Under the pieces are notes generated by a model. That model was not told where the DNA came from. It did no database searches and saw only the letters and a program-made list of their open reading frames with translations. Source: a virus (lineage: Duplodnaviria > Caudoviricetes). Taken from it: a stretch of 64,000 nucleotides of DNA. Shown here one piece after another: positions 9,452 through 19,549 of the stretch (its first letter is position 1; every line of letters starts with the position of its first letter). The translations under genes and the position numbers were made by a program. Location: IMG/VR virus record IMGVR_UViG_3300017700_000931, positions 96,001 through 160,000 of that record, one strand, 5' to 3'.

Positions 9452-11578
9452 TTAAAAATCCATACTTAATTCAATCATTACTGTATTACCCGCTTCTAAT
9501 TTAATAGGTTTGCTAAGTTTTCCAATAACAACCAAGTCGTTATCACTATCATAAATACCAACTTCACTAATCCTAATATCCGGTGGATTTGTTGTTATGT
9601 CAGTACTTCTAGTTTCGTTTGTTGTTGCAATGAATTGACCAGAATTAATTCTAATATCAAAAATCGTTTTAAATATTGTTGCACCAATATATGTTTCTAA
9701 ATTACCATAGAAAAATCTCTCATCACCAAATTGTAATACTTGTGGGTCTGCTAATGCAGCCATAGATAATGATTGAGTAATATCGTAAGTTGTGGTACCA
9801 GAATCTTTAATCATATCGATTACGAAACCATTTGTTACTGGGCTTTGATTTTCTAATTGTAAAGGATTGATAGTTTCACCAACTGAGGTTGTTAAACCAC
9901 TTGTTGTGTAATCATAAACCTTCCAAGCTGTTGGGTCTGGTCTATCGTCTTCATTTGCTACAATTTGATACAATACTTTAAGTTCATATGCATGGAATCC
10001 TCTTCCGTCATAACCCATCTTTTCGATTTTTCTCATGTATGGGAATAATCCAGTTCCTTCAATTCTAAATTGAACATCCTTAGCCACTGATGTTTGATTT
10101 GTAATCTTAGCATACTTTTGGCAAGCTAATGATGTTGTTAAACCAGTTCCGGTGCTATTTTCTAATGCATATGTTACATACATTGTTTCATTTTGTATCA
10201 ACAATCCTGTCGATGTACCACCACTAGGATTTGCTAGTGTAGCAGCCAATGGAGGTAATGTCCAATTTCGGTTTGATTTGTAAGATAATGCAGCAACAAT
10301 TTCTTCATCATCAATAACAACAACTTTCAATTGTGGGAAAACCTTTCCTACGACGATTGGTGTTGTTACCATGGTTGGGTCCTCAATCAAATCAATGTAT
10401 TCTAAATTTGATGTACCTATAAATTGTGTTTCACCACTAGCTATAAATGACATACCCATAATATCACCAGTTTCTGTTCCACCAGTAAATGCCCTTCTAT
10501 GGTACATTAAATCAGGTAAATGAAGCTTCAAGGTTTTATTATTTGCATTATCAATATGGAAAAATTCACCATAGAAATTCGATATCGAATTATTTGTGTA
10601 ATGAATAATAGCTATTGATTTGTTAGCACCGTCTAACTCACTAAGTCCGGCACATCTTAAAGATGTGTCTGGGTCAGCTAAAGTAGCACATGGGTATTCA
10701 AAGAATGGATTTTTTTGTCCTAAATATGGATATGAACCAAAATACTCATGACCTTCGTAGGTTGTTGCAGTTATACCAGCAAGTGTTTCACACCACACAT
10801 TATTCATGTTCCAGACTGGAACATCACCACATGAAATATCACAAGCACTATCAAATGATAATGTTCCTGAATCCCAATAAGATGTTGTACATCCTGAACC
10901 AATTGTATTATAGACTTCACCACCAGTGTAAATTATGTATTGAATAGATGTACCACCAGTACCACCTAAATTAGGTAATTCTCTATCTACAGTAATTGTT
11001 GCTGCTGATGTTGCTTGAACCTTATACCATAAATGTGGTACTGGTTCTATATTTGAATTGTTAGCTATCGCACCAAGTGTGCTATTCGACATTTTAATAA
11101 GGATTAAATCACCAACACTTCTTGTTGCTCCGGTACCGATAACTAATGTGGTTCCACCACTAATAGTTGCATCAGTAATAAATCCAGTATAAATTGTGTA
11201 TGGACTACCAGTATATGTTGTAAAACCACTTATTGAATCACCACTAAAAAATCCTCTTTCAGTTGCTTCGTTATTAACCACTACTTTAAGTGTTTTAATG
11301 TTAGATGCAGTCATAACTTGAAGTGGATTGGTTCCACCAGTAGTTATCCATGATTTTATATCCGGTTGTCTATCTTTTGGTCTTAATATTTTAGTTTGTG
11401 CTGACAAAGTGATATCAGTTGGGTTAGCATCCAATATAATTTCTCTATCGTAATTAATTTCAGAATCGCCGATTGCCCAAAAAGAAAAATTAAGTGTTCC
11501 TTTTGCTAGTTTTTGTCTACCAAGTTCGGTTAATTTTGAATTGATGTACGCATCTGTATTGTTAATAATGTAACTCAT
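9452..11578 (-). CDS. Virion structural protein with tail-collar-fibre-like (DUF3751-like) termini
   Basis: N-term KLTELGRQKLAKG and C-term ISEVGIYDSDNDLVVIGKLSKPIK; Thr/Gly-rich. Confidence 0.6.
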   Translation of the reverse strand: MSYIINNTDAYINSKLTELGRQKLAKGTLNFSFWAIGDSEINYDREIILDANPTDITLSAQTKILRPKDRQPDIKSWITTGGTNPLQVMTASNIKTLKVVVNNEATERGFFSGDSISGFTTYTGSPYTIYTGFITDATISGGTTLVIGTGATRSVGDLILIKMSNSTLGAIANNSNIEPVPHLWYKVQATSAATITVDRELPNLGGTGGTSIQYIIYTGGEVYNTIGSGCTTSYWDSGTLSFDSACDISCGDVPVWNMNNVWCETLAGITATTYEGHEYFGSYPYLGQKNPFFEYPCATLADPDTSLRCAGLSELDGANKSIAIIHYTNNSISNFYGEFFHIDNANNKTLKLHLPDLMYHRRAFTGGTETGDIMGMSFIASGETQFIGTSNLEYIDLIEDPTMVTTPIVVGKVFPQLKVVVIDDEEIVAALSYKSNRNWTLPPLAATLANPSGGTSTGLLIQNETMYVTYALENSTGTGLTTSLACQKYAKITNQTSVAKDVQFRIEGTGLFPYMRKIEKMGYDGRGFHAYELKVLYQIVANEDDRPDPTAWKVYDYTTSGLTTSVGETINPLQLENQSPVTNGFVIDMIKDSGTTTYDITQSLSMAALADPQVLQFGDERFFYGNLETYIGATIFKTIFDIRINSGQFIATTNETRSTDITTNPPDIRISEVGIYDSDNDLVVIGKLSKPIKLEAGNTVMIELSMDF

Positions 11579-11582
11579 ATCT

Positions 11583-11619
11583 TATAAATATCTTTTATCC
11601 CTTATGTTAATTATAAATA
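11583..11619 (-). promoter_or_regulatory. Two TATTTATA putative late promoter motifs
   Basis: Plus strand TATAAATA at 11583-11590 and 11612-11619, upstream of ATG 11578. Confidence 0.6.
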
Positions 11620-11636
11620 CTCCTAAGTCAATAAAA

Positions 11637-13067
11637 TTAATAGGAATTTATGGCATTTGACATAATTGTTATTGGAACTACCTCACTATAGGCTGTTGTT
11701 GTTATAACATCACCATTTACTGTAACATAATTCTTTTCATTAATGACCCTATAAACCAAATTTGTGCCTACGGCTCCGGTTAATACGACTTCAGATGAAT
11801 ATGATACCTCATTTGCAACATATTCTGTTGTAGCTGTGGCCACAATACTCACAAACGAGTCATTTGTCGCAACCTCAACAGTGAATTCACCATTATTTAA
11901 CTCTGGAGCATCAATAGTCCAATAAATTCTAGGGTTATTTGTATATATTTCACCAACATAATTAGGGTAAGCATTATAGATGATGTTAATAACATCATCA
12001 TTTAACAAATCACCCTCAAGTATCACCCTATTTGGGTTGGTTATCGACTGATAATAATCTATATTGGGTGCTAATGTGATACCGTTGAGTGTAACAATAA
12101 TATTATTACCTGATATTGGGGTTAGAATTGTGTAAATCTCGTATTTATTTTGTGTTGTATTATAATAATATAAATTGTTACCTTCACCATCAGTTGCACC
12201 ACTAACTAGTGGTGTTCTGATTAATAAATTATCAACAACTACACCATTCGACTCAGAATTAGCTACAGACACATATGTTAATACATCACCGGATATCGTT
12301 GCTGCACTCAATGTTACGATATCATTTGAATAGGTATAATCTAGATTTTCTGCTAACATCAATCCATTCAAATAAATAAGTAAATCACCTTCTACGTTAG
12401 TTGTTATTGGGAATACTGTTTCACCGCTTATTGGTAAAATAGAAAATGCCACTAATGAACCTAATGGTCTAGTACTCGCAACTGAGCTATGAGCGAATTG
12501 TGGTTTTTTTGCTTTTTCACAAACCACAAAATAGTAATCACTTGACGAATTATATAGGCCATATTGTGAACCATTTTTAAATAATGAAGTATCATTTCTC
12601 AAGCCAAGTCTACCAAGTATATCAGTACAAACTTCATGAGTATAATAACCCTTAATTAAATAATCCCCATCGATTCTTAATGTGTTAAGTGGTATAGTAA
12701 TGGTTATTGCTGATGTTGCACTAAAAGCACTAAAAGAAATATCCTCTGATTTATATATTGCTGGTTGTTCAAACACCAAATTCGTATGATGGTATTTGTA
12801 TATTTCATATTTAAAATCAACTTCAGTATTAAATGAAGAAACATTACCAGTGAATGAAAAACCTAATGTTAAATCACCAGAATCAGAATCAACTAAGTAC
12901 ACTCCTGTTGTTGCAGAAGTTGTACCACTCATGATTTTTGTTGTTCCAGTAACATCAAATGTTGGTGCATAAAAAATACATACATCAGAACTCAGATTAA
13001 CATTTAGTAAATCACGATTTCTAACATGGTTGCCATTTTGATTATATATGTTTTGTTGATGCCTCAT
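11637..13067 (-). CDS. Virion structural protein with a duplicated LNG..L....DY beta module
   Basis: LLIYLNGLMLAENLDYTY and IIVTLNGITLAPNIDYYQ; lies within the structural operon. Confidence 0.6.
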   Translation of the reverse strand: MRHQQNIYNQNGNHVRNRDLLNVNLSSDVCIFYAPTFDVTGTTKIMSGTTSATTGVYLVDSDSGDLTLGFSFTGNVSSFNTEVDFKYEIYKYHHTNLVFEQPAIYKSEDISFSAFSATSAITITIPLNTLRIDGDYLIKGYYTHEVCTDILGRLGLRNDTSLFKNGSQYGLYNSSSDYYFVVCEKAKKPQFAHSSVASTRPLGSLVAFSILPISGETVFPITTNVEGDLLIYLNGLMLAENLDYTYSNDIVTLSAATISGDVLTYVSVANSESNGVVVDNLLIRTPLVSGATDGEGNNLYYYNTTQNKYEIYTILTPISGNNIIVTLNGITLAPNIDYYQSITNPNRVILEGDLLNDDVINIIYNAYPNYVGEIYTNNPRIYWTIDAPELNNGEFTVEVATNDSFVSIVATATTEYVANEVSYSSEVVLTGAVGTNLVYRVINEKNYVTVNGDVITTTAYSEVVPITIMSNAINSY

Positions 13068-13306
13068 TAATATGATATTTCTAATTCAATAAATTCTTCT
13101 TTTTTATTTCTCAATAACCCAAATTGTCTAGGGGTTTCATAGACTTCAGTTTCACTAACATTCGTAAAATTTTGTAAGAATGCTTCAAATGAATATAATT
13201 TGATATAATCTTCCACACCAATTTCTCCACTAGTGGATAAAATTGTAACACTAGTGGAGAAATTATCTAGTACATTTGCTTGTATGTTTCTTATTAAGGC
13301 TGGCAT
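13067..13306 (-). CDS. Small hypothetical (probable virion) protein
   Basis: 79-aa ORF with 1-nt stop/start overlap; upstream TATTTATT at 13310-13317. Confidence 0.6.
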   Translation of the reverse strand: MPALIRNIQANVLDNFSTSVTILSTSGEIGVEDYIKLYSFEAFLQNFTNVSETEVYETPRQFGLLRNKKEEFIELEISY

Positions 13307-13317
13307 ATCAATAAATA

Positions 13318-15828
13318 TTATTTAAGTAATAGAATGTTAAAATTAGCAGTATCTGAACAACCATTAGTATCAGTTACAGTTACTGAATAAGCTCCGGCAG
13401 TTAATCCAGTTATTGTTGGGGTGGTTTGACCATTTGACCAAGTATACGTAATTGGTCCTTGTGCTCCGATAACATTAACACTAGCAGTACCAGAACTCAA
13501 GGCATATGCTGGTACATCAGTAGTACTAACACTTGTGATATTTATCATACACTCATTGATAACGAAAACACCACTCGTAGTTAAACCAGTTGGTGCTGGT
13601 AATGTGATTATTCCACCAATCACCCTTACTGCACCAATAAATTCTGAACCATCATTTATTTGTTGAATCATCACACCATTACAGATTGTTGTTTCACCAC
13701 TTGGAGCTAAGCAATCTGGTCCAACGTATTCTGGAACGCTTAAATCTGTAATTATAGCCTCAACATTTGATTGTCCACCATATATTGGACTTGGGTATTG
13801 AATTCCGTCTGGAGTTGTTGTACAAGTTGTTAATGTGTATTTTTTGTATTTAAATTTATCTTGGTCGTAAACCGTATTACCGTATTTGTATGTTGAACCC
13901 CATATTGTTGTGGATGGTATAACTTGTTCGATTAAATCTACCCAATAGTTACCAACTAATGAAACGAAATCACCCATTTTAGTGTAATCAAAAGCAGAGC
14001 TATTTGGATTGTTTTGGAATCCGTATTTATATCTGTTGTAAAGTGCTTTTAGTGTTGGGTACGCTGAAATAGTTTTTCTATTTTTTGCATCAATTAATTC
14101 TGTTGAAATTGCATTATTGAATTCTTTAACAGTAGTAATAGCACTAAGTTCTGTGGTTAATAATTTCTGTAAATCCAATCCATAATCACCACAACCATTA
14201 ACGGTTGTTGCAGTTGATAAATCAAGCATTGATTCATTGTCTTTAACATAACACCAAACATCTGTTTCAATACCATTAGCCGGACTAATATCCAAATCAA
14301 CTTCTTTTGTATTTATTGCTAACTTATGGTGATTAATATTATAATCCGTTTCTCTCATTGATAAGAAGAAATCTCTTTCTTGATTTTCCTCCGTAGCAAC
14401 CCAAGATTTTTTATTATCGCACACCCTTTCAAGTTCAAAGTTTGGACATTTTGATACATAAATGTTTTCTTTGTCAATAGAAGTACAAACTTTATTGATT
14501 TCAATTCTATCAATTAGTATTGAAAAATCGCACACAGTATTTTCTATTACGAAACCTAATTTAACTTTCTCGTTCGTAATTGCTGATAGAGTAGCTTCAT
14601 CAGATATTACAAATTTATGATGTAACCAATCTGAATTTAATGTACAAGCACTAAAAACACCACAATTACCACTTAAATTATATATAATACATTGTGATAA
14701 TTGTTGCATGCAAGTTGAGTCACCAGTAACTAATAATCCAGTATTACAATTACCATCAAAATAATCCACAATATCAGTGATTTTATATAATTGACCACTA
14801 TAAACGGTAGTTAGTGTTGTGTTATCAACAAATGATGATTGACCACTTAAAATTTCATTATCCGGCCTCACATCTACTTTATCTAAAGTAACCGACACCG
14901 ATAAACCAGAAAAAATATCCAGACAGTTTGCAACACCACTTAAATTTGGTGTTGCATCACCTAATTGTGTTTGTAATAAAGTTAATTGAGCGTTTGATTC
15001 ATTAATTAATGTTTGATAAGTGGTAATGGTATTATTTATTGCTGAAATTTCATTATCACAATTTGATTGCGCCAATAAATAATCACTATTTAATTGCGCT
15101 AATACTGTGTTACTTTGTACTAATAAAGTTTCGTAAATTTGTTGTTGGGCGGTAAATGCTGCTATCTCCTCTGGTACTGAGGAACCATCAATCAAAGTTT
15201 GATATTGTGCAATTAAGATAACTAAATTATCTGATTCACTTTGTTGAAATTGAATGTCGTTAGTGAATGTAGTATCTATTGCATTACAAGCATTGGTTTG
15301 TTCACTTAATTGTGTTGTTAAGATACCAATGGTTTCTGTGTATTGTGTGATTGTATTTTGAACATCAATAATTTGATTTTGTAAATCAATTATTTCATTA
15401 CTATCATTCACATCTTCAACCAAACAATCTGAAAGTGTACTACAATCAAATTGAAATAAATAATTGAATTCAACCTCTAAATGACATGTTTCATTCTCAT
15501 CAATTTGAAACCATGCACCATCATTTCCTTGTGCACCCAATACGATTTTAAAATCCGGGCCTTGTGCACATGTTTCAGACCAATAACATGTATTAGTTGA
15601 TGATTCCCAAATAAAGTTCAATGCGTTACAGCAATTTTGACTAATTGGGGATAACATCGTTCCAGCTTGAAGTGTATATGGGTTTGATACCTCACCTTGG
15701 TATGTTGATATCATTGGGTCTAAATTTGTGGACCCAGATGGAACCACACCTGATACGGTTCCATCTTCGTTAAATACGAATTGTGAAACGTCTAAACCAT
15801 TAATATCTTTACAAGTAAAATCTGCCAT
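13318..15828 (-). CDS. Cys-rich virion/fibre protein with coiled coil and C-terminal SprB repeat
   Basis: Central heptad coiled coil; C-term GTASVNVIGAQGPITYTWSNGQTTPTITGLTAGAYSVTVTDTNGC matches the SprB repeat. Confidence 0.7.
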   Translation of the reverse strand: MADFTCKDINGLDVSQFVFNEDGTVSGVVPSGSTNLDPMISTYQGEVSNPYTLQAGTMLSPISQNCCNALNFIWESSTNTCYWSETCAQGPDFKIVLGAQGNDGAWFQIDENETCHLEVEFNYLFQFDCSTLSDCLVEDVNDSNEIIDLQNQIIDVQNTITQYTETIGILTTQLSEQTNACNAIDTTFTNDIQFQQSESDNLVILIAQYQTLIDGSSVPEEIAAFTAQQQIYETLLVQSNTVLAQLNSDYLLAQSNCDNEISAINNTITTYQTLINESNAQLTLLQTQLGDATPNLSGVANCLDIFSGLSVSVTLDKVDVRPDNEILSGQSSFVDNTTLTTVYSGQLYKITDIVDYFDGNCNTGLLVTGDSTCMQQLSQCIIYNLSGNCGVFSACTLNSDWLHHKFVISDEATLSAITNEKVKLGFVIENTVCDFSILIDRIEINKVCTSIDKENIYVSKCPNFELERVCDNKKSWVATEENQERDFFLSMRETDYNINHHKLAINTKEVDLDISPANGIETDVWCYVKDNESMLDLSTATTVNGCGDYGLDLQKLLTTELSAITTVKEFNNAISTELIDAKNRKTISAYPTLKALYNRYKYGFQNNPNSSAFDYTKMGDFVSLVGNYWVDLIEQVIPSTTIWGSTYKYGNTVYDQDKFKYKKYTLTTCTTTPDGIQYPSPIYGGQSNVEAIITDLSVPEYVGPDCLAPSGETTICNGVMIQQINDGSEFIGAVRVIGGIITLPAPTGLTTSGVFVINECMINITSVSTTDVPAYALSSGTASVNVIGAQGPITYTWSNGQTTPTITGLTAGAYSVTVTDTNGCSDTANFNILLLK

Positions 15829-15845
15829 TTATTATAATTATTCAA

Positions 15846-18467
15846 TTATCTAATTTTTGTTCCACCAAGTGGTTGTTTAGCATCAATAAGACCTTCATCT
15901 AATGCTGCCGTTTCAATACATTGACCACGACTATTTGGTTCGTAACCTTGTGCAATACAACATTCAGGTGGTATATTAGTCGTTAACTCACCAAATGGTG
16001 ATTGCCAATTAACTATTCCACTTTCCGATTGAATTGAGACTGCTACCCAATCATTACAATCTGTTTCTGGATTATAACACTGATATCCACCTTCAACAGC
16101 TATTGGTATGAATCCAAATGCTGAACAACATGAACTACTAACTACTGTGGTCCCAACTTGTAATTCATTATTAGTCCATATGATAACACCACTACTTAAT
16201 TCACCGTCCGGTACATAACCTCTACATGGTGTAGCATCTACTGTTGTGACGTTAGTCCACATACATGATATGTTACCTTGTGTATAAGTAAAGCCCAATG
16301 CTTCACAACACTCTTGTGATATTGTTGGTGTTTCTGAACCATTTGGTAATTGAAACATAACAAAACCTTCTCCGTTAAGAGTAAATCCAGTGTATCCACA
16401 ATCAACTGGTGTCGGTGTTGTAGAAACACTACCATTTAATTTTTTTATCGATATTTTAATCGCATCATCACCTTCACCAGTTTCACAACCACAATCTGTC
16501 ATTTCAGTCGTTGGTTTTGGGTCCTCAATAATTTCAGCAGTTATTTCATAACAAGCACTTAGTGAAATATTGTCCAAATTTACAATATCTGCCCAAACTT
16601 CTGTTTCTAACGCATTATTAACTAAACCGCTGTTGTAATTTGTGAAAATATTAGTACTTCCAGTGTTTATAGTTTGGTTATAAATTGTCACAGCAGAAAA
16701 ATCTGGTATTAAACAACCAAATTGGTCAATATATTCTTGACCACCATCATATGGACCAATATGTGGGTTATTTCCAGTCAAAACATCAATATTTGAGTCC
16801 GGCCCAGCAGTTTGTCTGTACCATAACCCACCTTTTTGGAAATACATTTCTGGTGTGTCAGGAAGTGTTCTTGGGAACCCGTCAGAATCAATATTTAACC
16901 CCTCTAATGAGGTACTACCATTCAATTCTACCAAAATATCGTTAAAAAGCCTCATATTTAAAGGTTTTTTAGCTTTATAAATGTATTCATTGAAAGAAAC
17001 TAAACCTTTCGGTGTGCCAATGAAATTAAAAAAGAATTCAACAACTTTTCTAGTACCTTTTGACTTCCAAATCCATGGTGTATTCAAAATTAAACGTCTC
17101 CACAACTCAATTTCAGCTTCGACTGGTGTTAAACCTCTTGAATGACCACTATATGATGTGTTTGCTGGTGTTAAATACGCTTTTAATAAATCATTTTCTA
17201 CCACTGATGATACTAAATCCCATCCAAGCACTCTTGCAAGGTTTTTTAGATATACATCCGGCGTATTATCCTTCTTATCATATGTAACTCTGTTAGAAAA
17301 GGCAATACCATCAATGTATTTTTTGATTTCATCATACTCCCTACCATAAATTTTAAGTGTTTTATTCATTTTTTGACCTGCGGTCTCTTGAATTTCACCA
17401 TCACAATTAGGTAGTGTATCGAAATCAGATATTGATTCAGATGTTAAGAATCTTGTCATCAAATCTGTCTTAGTTTTATCTGATGATTCACCAATTTGAA
17501 CTAATTTTGTCGCAAAACTTAGATAATCTGTTGTATCGAAATCGATATTGTATCCATCACTTACTGGCCAGATAACTTCTTTAGAAGTTCTATAGATTGC
17601 ACCAGAATCATTTTCAATGTTAAAACTATATTCTGATTTATATTTTGGTAGAGTAAATCTATTTAATAAATTTGATTCAAAATCTGGTAATTTATTAAAA
17701 AATTCTTCAATTTTATTATTGTTTGGTCTAATATGGTATTTTTCTATGCTTGGGGTGGAGCCGGAGAATGGATTACCAAGACAAGTTATCCAAAGATAAT
17801 CATTAGTGTCATTAGTATTCCCTGTGAAATCGATAATATCATAATCACCAGTTTGATTAGACACAACATAATTAGCATAATTGACACTAAGATTTCTAGT
17901 GTCATTTGTTTCATTATATGTGTTGATAATAGTTCCTGTAGTTTTATGATTTATATTAAATTTATTGGTAATTCTACCAACTCCAACTTTAAATGTTGAT
18001 TTATTTTTTACTGAATCAAATAAATAATCTTCAACTGTATAACCAGTTACGTTTGTTTGTTCCTCGATATCCCTTATGTATAAGGATGCTGGCCAATTAA
18101 TAATGATATTCTCTAATGAAACCCTAATGAATTCAGTCAATGACCCAAAATAAGCGTAATAATTCAAATTAGCTTTATCTAAATTAAGCTTAACAGTTTT
18201 ATTTTCTAATAAAATACTGATTGTACCACTATCTACCTTAAGGTCCGTTAAGCTCATAAATGAACTAAACTTATTAGTAATAAATAACTTACTTGGTTTA
18301 GTATCAATCGATGTGGTGATATTAAAATTAGCTGAAGTAAATAGCGTAGCTCCTCCATTACTAGTGAATTGATTACCCACTAAGTCATCAGAGAAATTTC
18401 TATATTCTATACCGTTGTTGTAAAATACTTTTTGTGCATATCCAACTACTTTTATTTTATCAGCCAT
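15846..18467 (-). CDS. Baseplate wedge protein (P2 gpI/T4 gp7-like domain) with C-terminal Cys repeats
   Basis: YLKNLARVLGWD...WRRLILNTPWIWKSKGTRKVVEFFFNFIG resembles the gpI-like motif. Confidence 0.7.
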   Translation of the reverse strand: MADKIKVVGYAQKVFYNNGIEYRNFSDDLVGNQFTSNGGATLFTSANFNITTSIDTKPSKLFITNKFSSFMSLTDLKVDSGTISILLENKTVKLNLDKANLNYYAYFGSLTEFIRVSLENIIINWPASLYIRDIEEQTNVTGYTVEDYLFDSVKNKSTFKVGVGRITNKFNINHKTTGTIINTYNETNDTRNLSVNYANYVVSNQTGDYDIIDFTGNTNDTNDYLWITCLGNPFSGSTPSIEKYHIRPNNNKIEEFFNKLPDFESNLLNRFTLPKYKSEYSFNIENDSGAIYRTSKEVIWPVSDGYNIDFDTTDYLSFATKLVQIGESSDKTKTDLMTRFLTSESISDFDTLPNCDGEIQETAGQKMNKTLKIYGREYDEIKKYIDGIAFSNRVTYDKKDNTPDVYLKNLARVLGWDLVSSVVENDLLKAYLTPANTSYSGHSRGLTPVEAEIELWRRLILNTPWIWKSKGTRKVVEFFFNFIGTPKGLVSFNEYIYKAKKPLNMRLFNDILVELNGSTSLEGLNIDSDGFPRTLPDTPEMYFQKGGLWYRQTAGPDSNIDVLTGNNPHIGPYDGGQEYIDQFGCLIPDFSAVTIYNQTINTGSTNIFTNYNSGLVNNALETEVWADIVNLDNISLSACYEITAEIIEDPKPTTEMTDCGCETGEGDDAIKISIKKLNGSVSTTPTPVDCGYTGFTLNGEGFVMFQLPNGSETPTISQECCEALGFTYTQGNISCMWTNVTTVDATPCRGYVPDGELSSGVIIWTNNELQVGTTVVSSSCCSAFGFIPIAVEGGYQCYNPETDCNDWVAVSIQSESGIVNWQSPFGELTTNIPPECCIAQGYEPNSRGQCIETAALDEGLIDAKQPLGGTKIR

Positions 18468-18477
18468 TTATAATTTT

Positions 18478-19380
18478 TTAAATGTTTGTAATAGTATTAA
18501 ATGACTTCAAGAAATCAATACCAGTTCTTGGTTCCCTAACTTCAAATAATGGTTTACCAGTAAATTGGTCTTTAATTTCAAATAGATTAAACTGTTTGTA
18601 AATTTGATTTTCAAAGTTATATATTGTATAAATACCATCTTCAAGACTTTTAGTTTGTGGACCAAATAATCCATACGCAATTGTTTCAAAGTCATGTTCT
18701 ACTATTTCTATTTCAACCATAACCGGATTGAAAAATGTGTTAGTAATAATAACATTTTGATTAGGTTCACCAATAAATGGTAAAACATTTGGTTTCACAT
18801 TAGATACTGAGTTTGGTGTAACAGTGGCAAAGCTTAATGATGAATTATCATTGAATCTATATCTAATAGCTTTTTGACTAGTATTAGTCAAATTTTGATT
18901 TACTGGTTCAGCTTTATTGTTTGATGTAATTACAGTAAAAAAATTATTAATTTTTTCATTATTAATTGGGCTCAAATATTCAACTCTATAACCGATTAAA
19001 TTATTGTTTTGAAATTTACTAACAAATGTTGCATCAACTTCTGATAAATCAAATACTAATCCCTTAACATTTGGGAATGCTGATAGTACACCACAATCTA
19101 CTATTCTAGTTCTGATTTCGATAGGTTTAATCATCAACGTATAAAATCCTTTTGCTGAAAATATTGTTGCTGGTAAATTTAATGTATACATACCACCAAA
19201 CACTTCATTTGTATTGGTACTATTCGGATTTGAAACTCTTTGTAAAATTTCAAATGAATCTAATTTCGTTAATGTTGTATCACCAACTCTAGACCTAGAT
19301 GGTGTATAATGCATAAATATTTCTACATCACTTGGTGATACATCCGCTGGTCTTAGTGTCCCATATGTTCCATTTGCCAT
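18478..19380 (-). CDS. Hypothetical virion protein
   Basis: 300-aa beta-rich ORF in the structural operon. Confidence 0.6.
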   Translation of the reverse strand: MANGTYGTLRPADVSPSDVEIFMHYTPSRSRVGDTTLTKLDSFEILQRVSNPNSTNTNEVFGGMYTLNLPATIFSAKGFYTLMIKPIEIRTRIVDCGVLSAFPNVKGLVFDLSEVDATFVSKFQNNNLIGYRVEYLSPINNEKINNFFTVITSNNKAEPVNQNLTNTSQKAIRYRFNDNSSLSFATVTPNSVSNVKPNVLPFIGEPNQNVIITNTFFNPVMVEIEIVEHDFETIAYGLFGPQTKSLEDGIYTIYNFENQIYKQFNLFEIKDQFTGKPLFEVREPRTGIDFLKSFNTITNI

Positions 19381-19398
19381 ATTCTATTCTTTTATTTT

Positions 19399-19545
19399 TT
19401 AATGTGATTCTTCACCACTTTTTATGTATTTTTCAATCTCCTCTAAGTAATAATTTCTTTCATATTCTTCTAAGGAATTTATTTGAGAAATTGTCATTTG
19501 GTAATGTTTAACCAATAAGTAATTCTCATATAAAATTTTTTTCAT
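19399..19545 (-). CDS. 48-aa protein paralogous to the tail chaperone frameshift extension (missing from ORF track)
   Basis: MKKILYENYLLVKHYQMTISQINSLEEYERNYYLEEIEKYIKSGEESH fills the gap between two genes and aligns by eye with the 55034-55306 frame. Confidence 0.75.
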   Translation of the reverse strand: MKKILYENYLLVKHYQMTISQINSLEEYERNYYLEEIEKYIKSGEESH

Positions 19546-19549
19546 TCAA

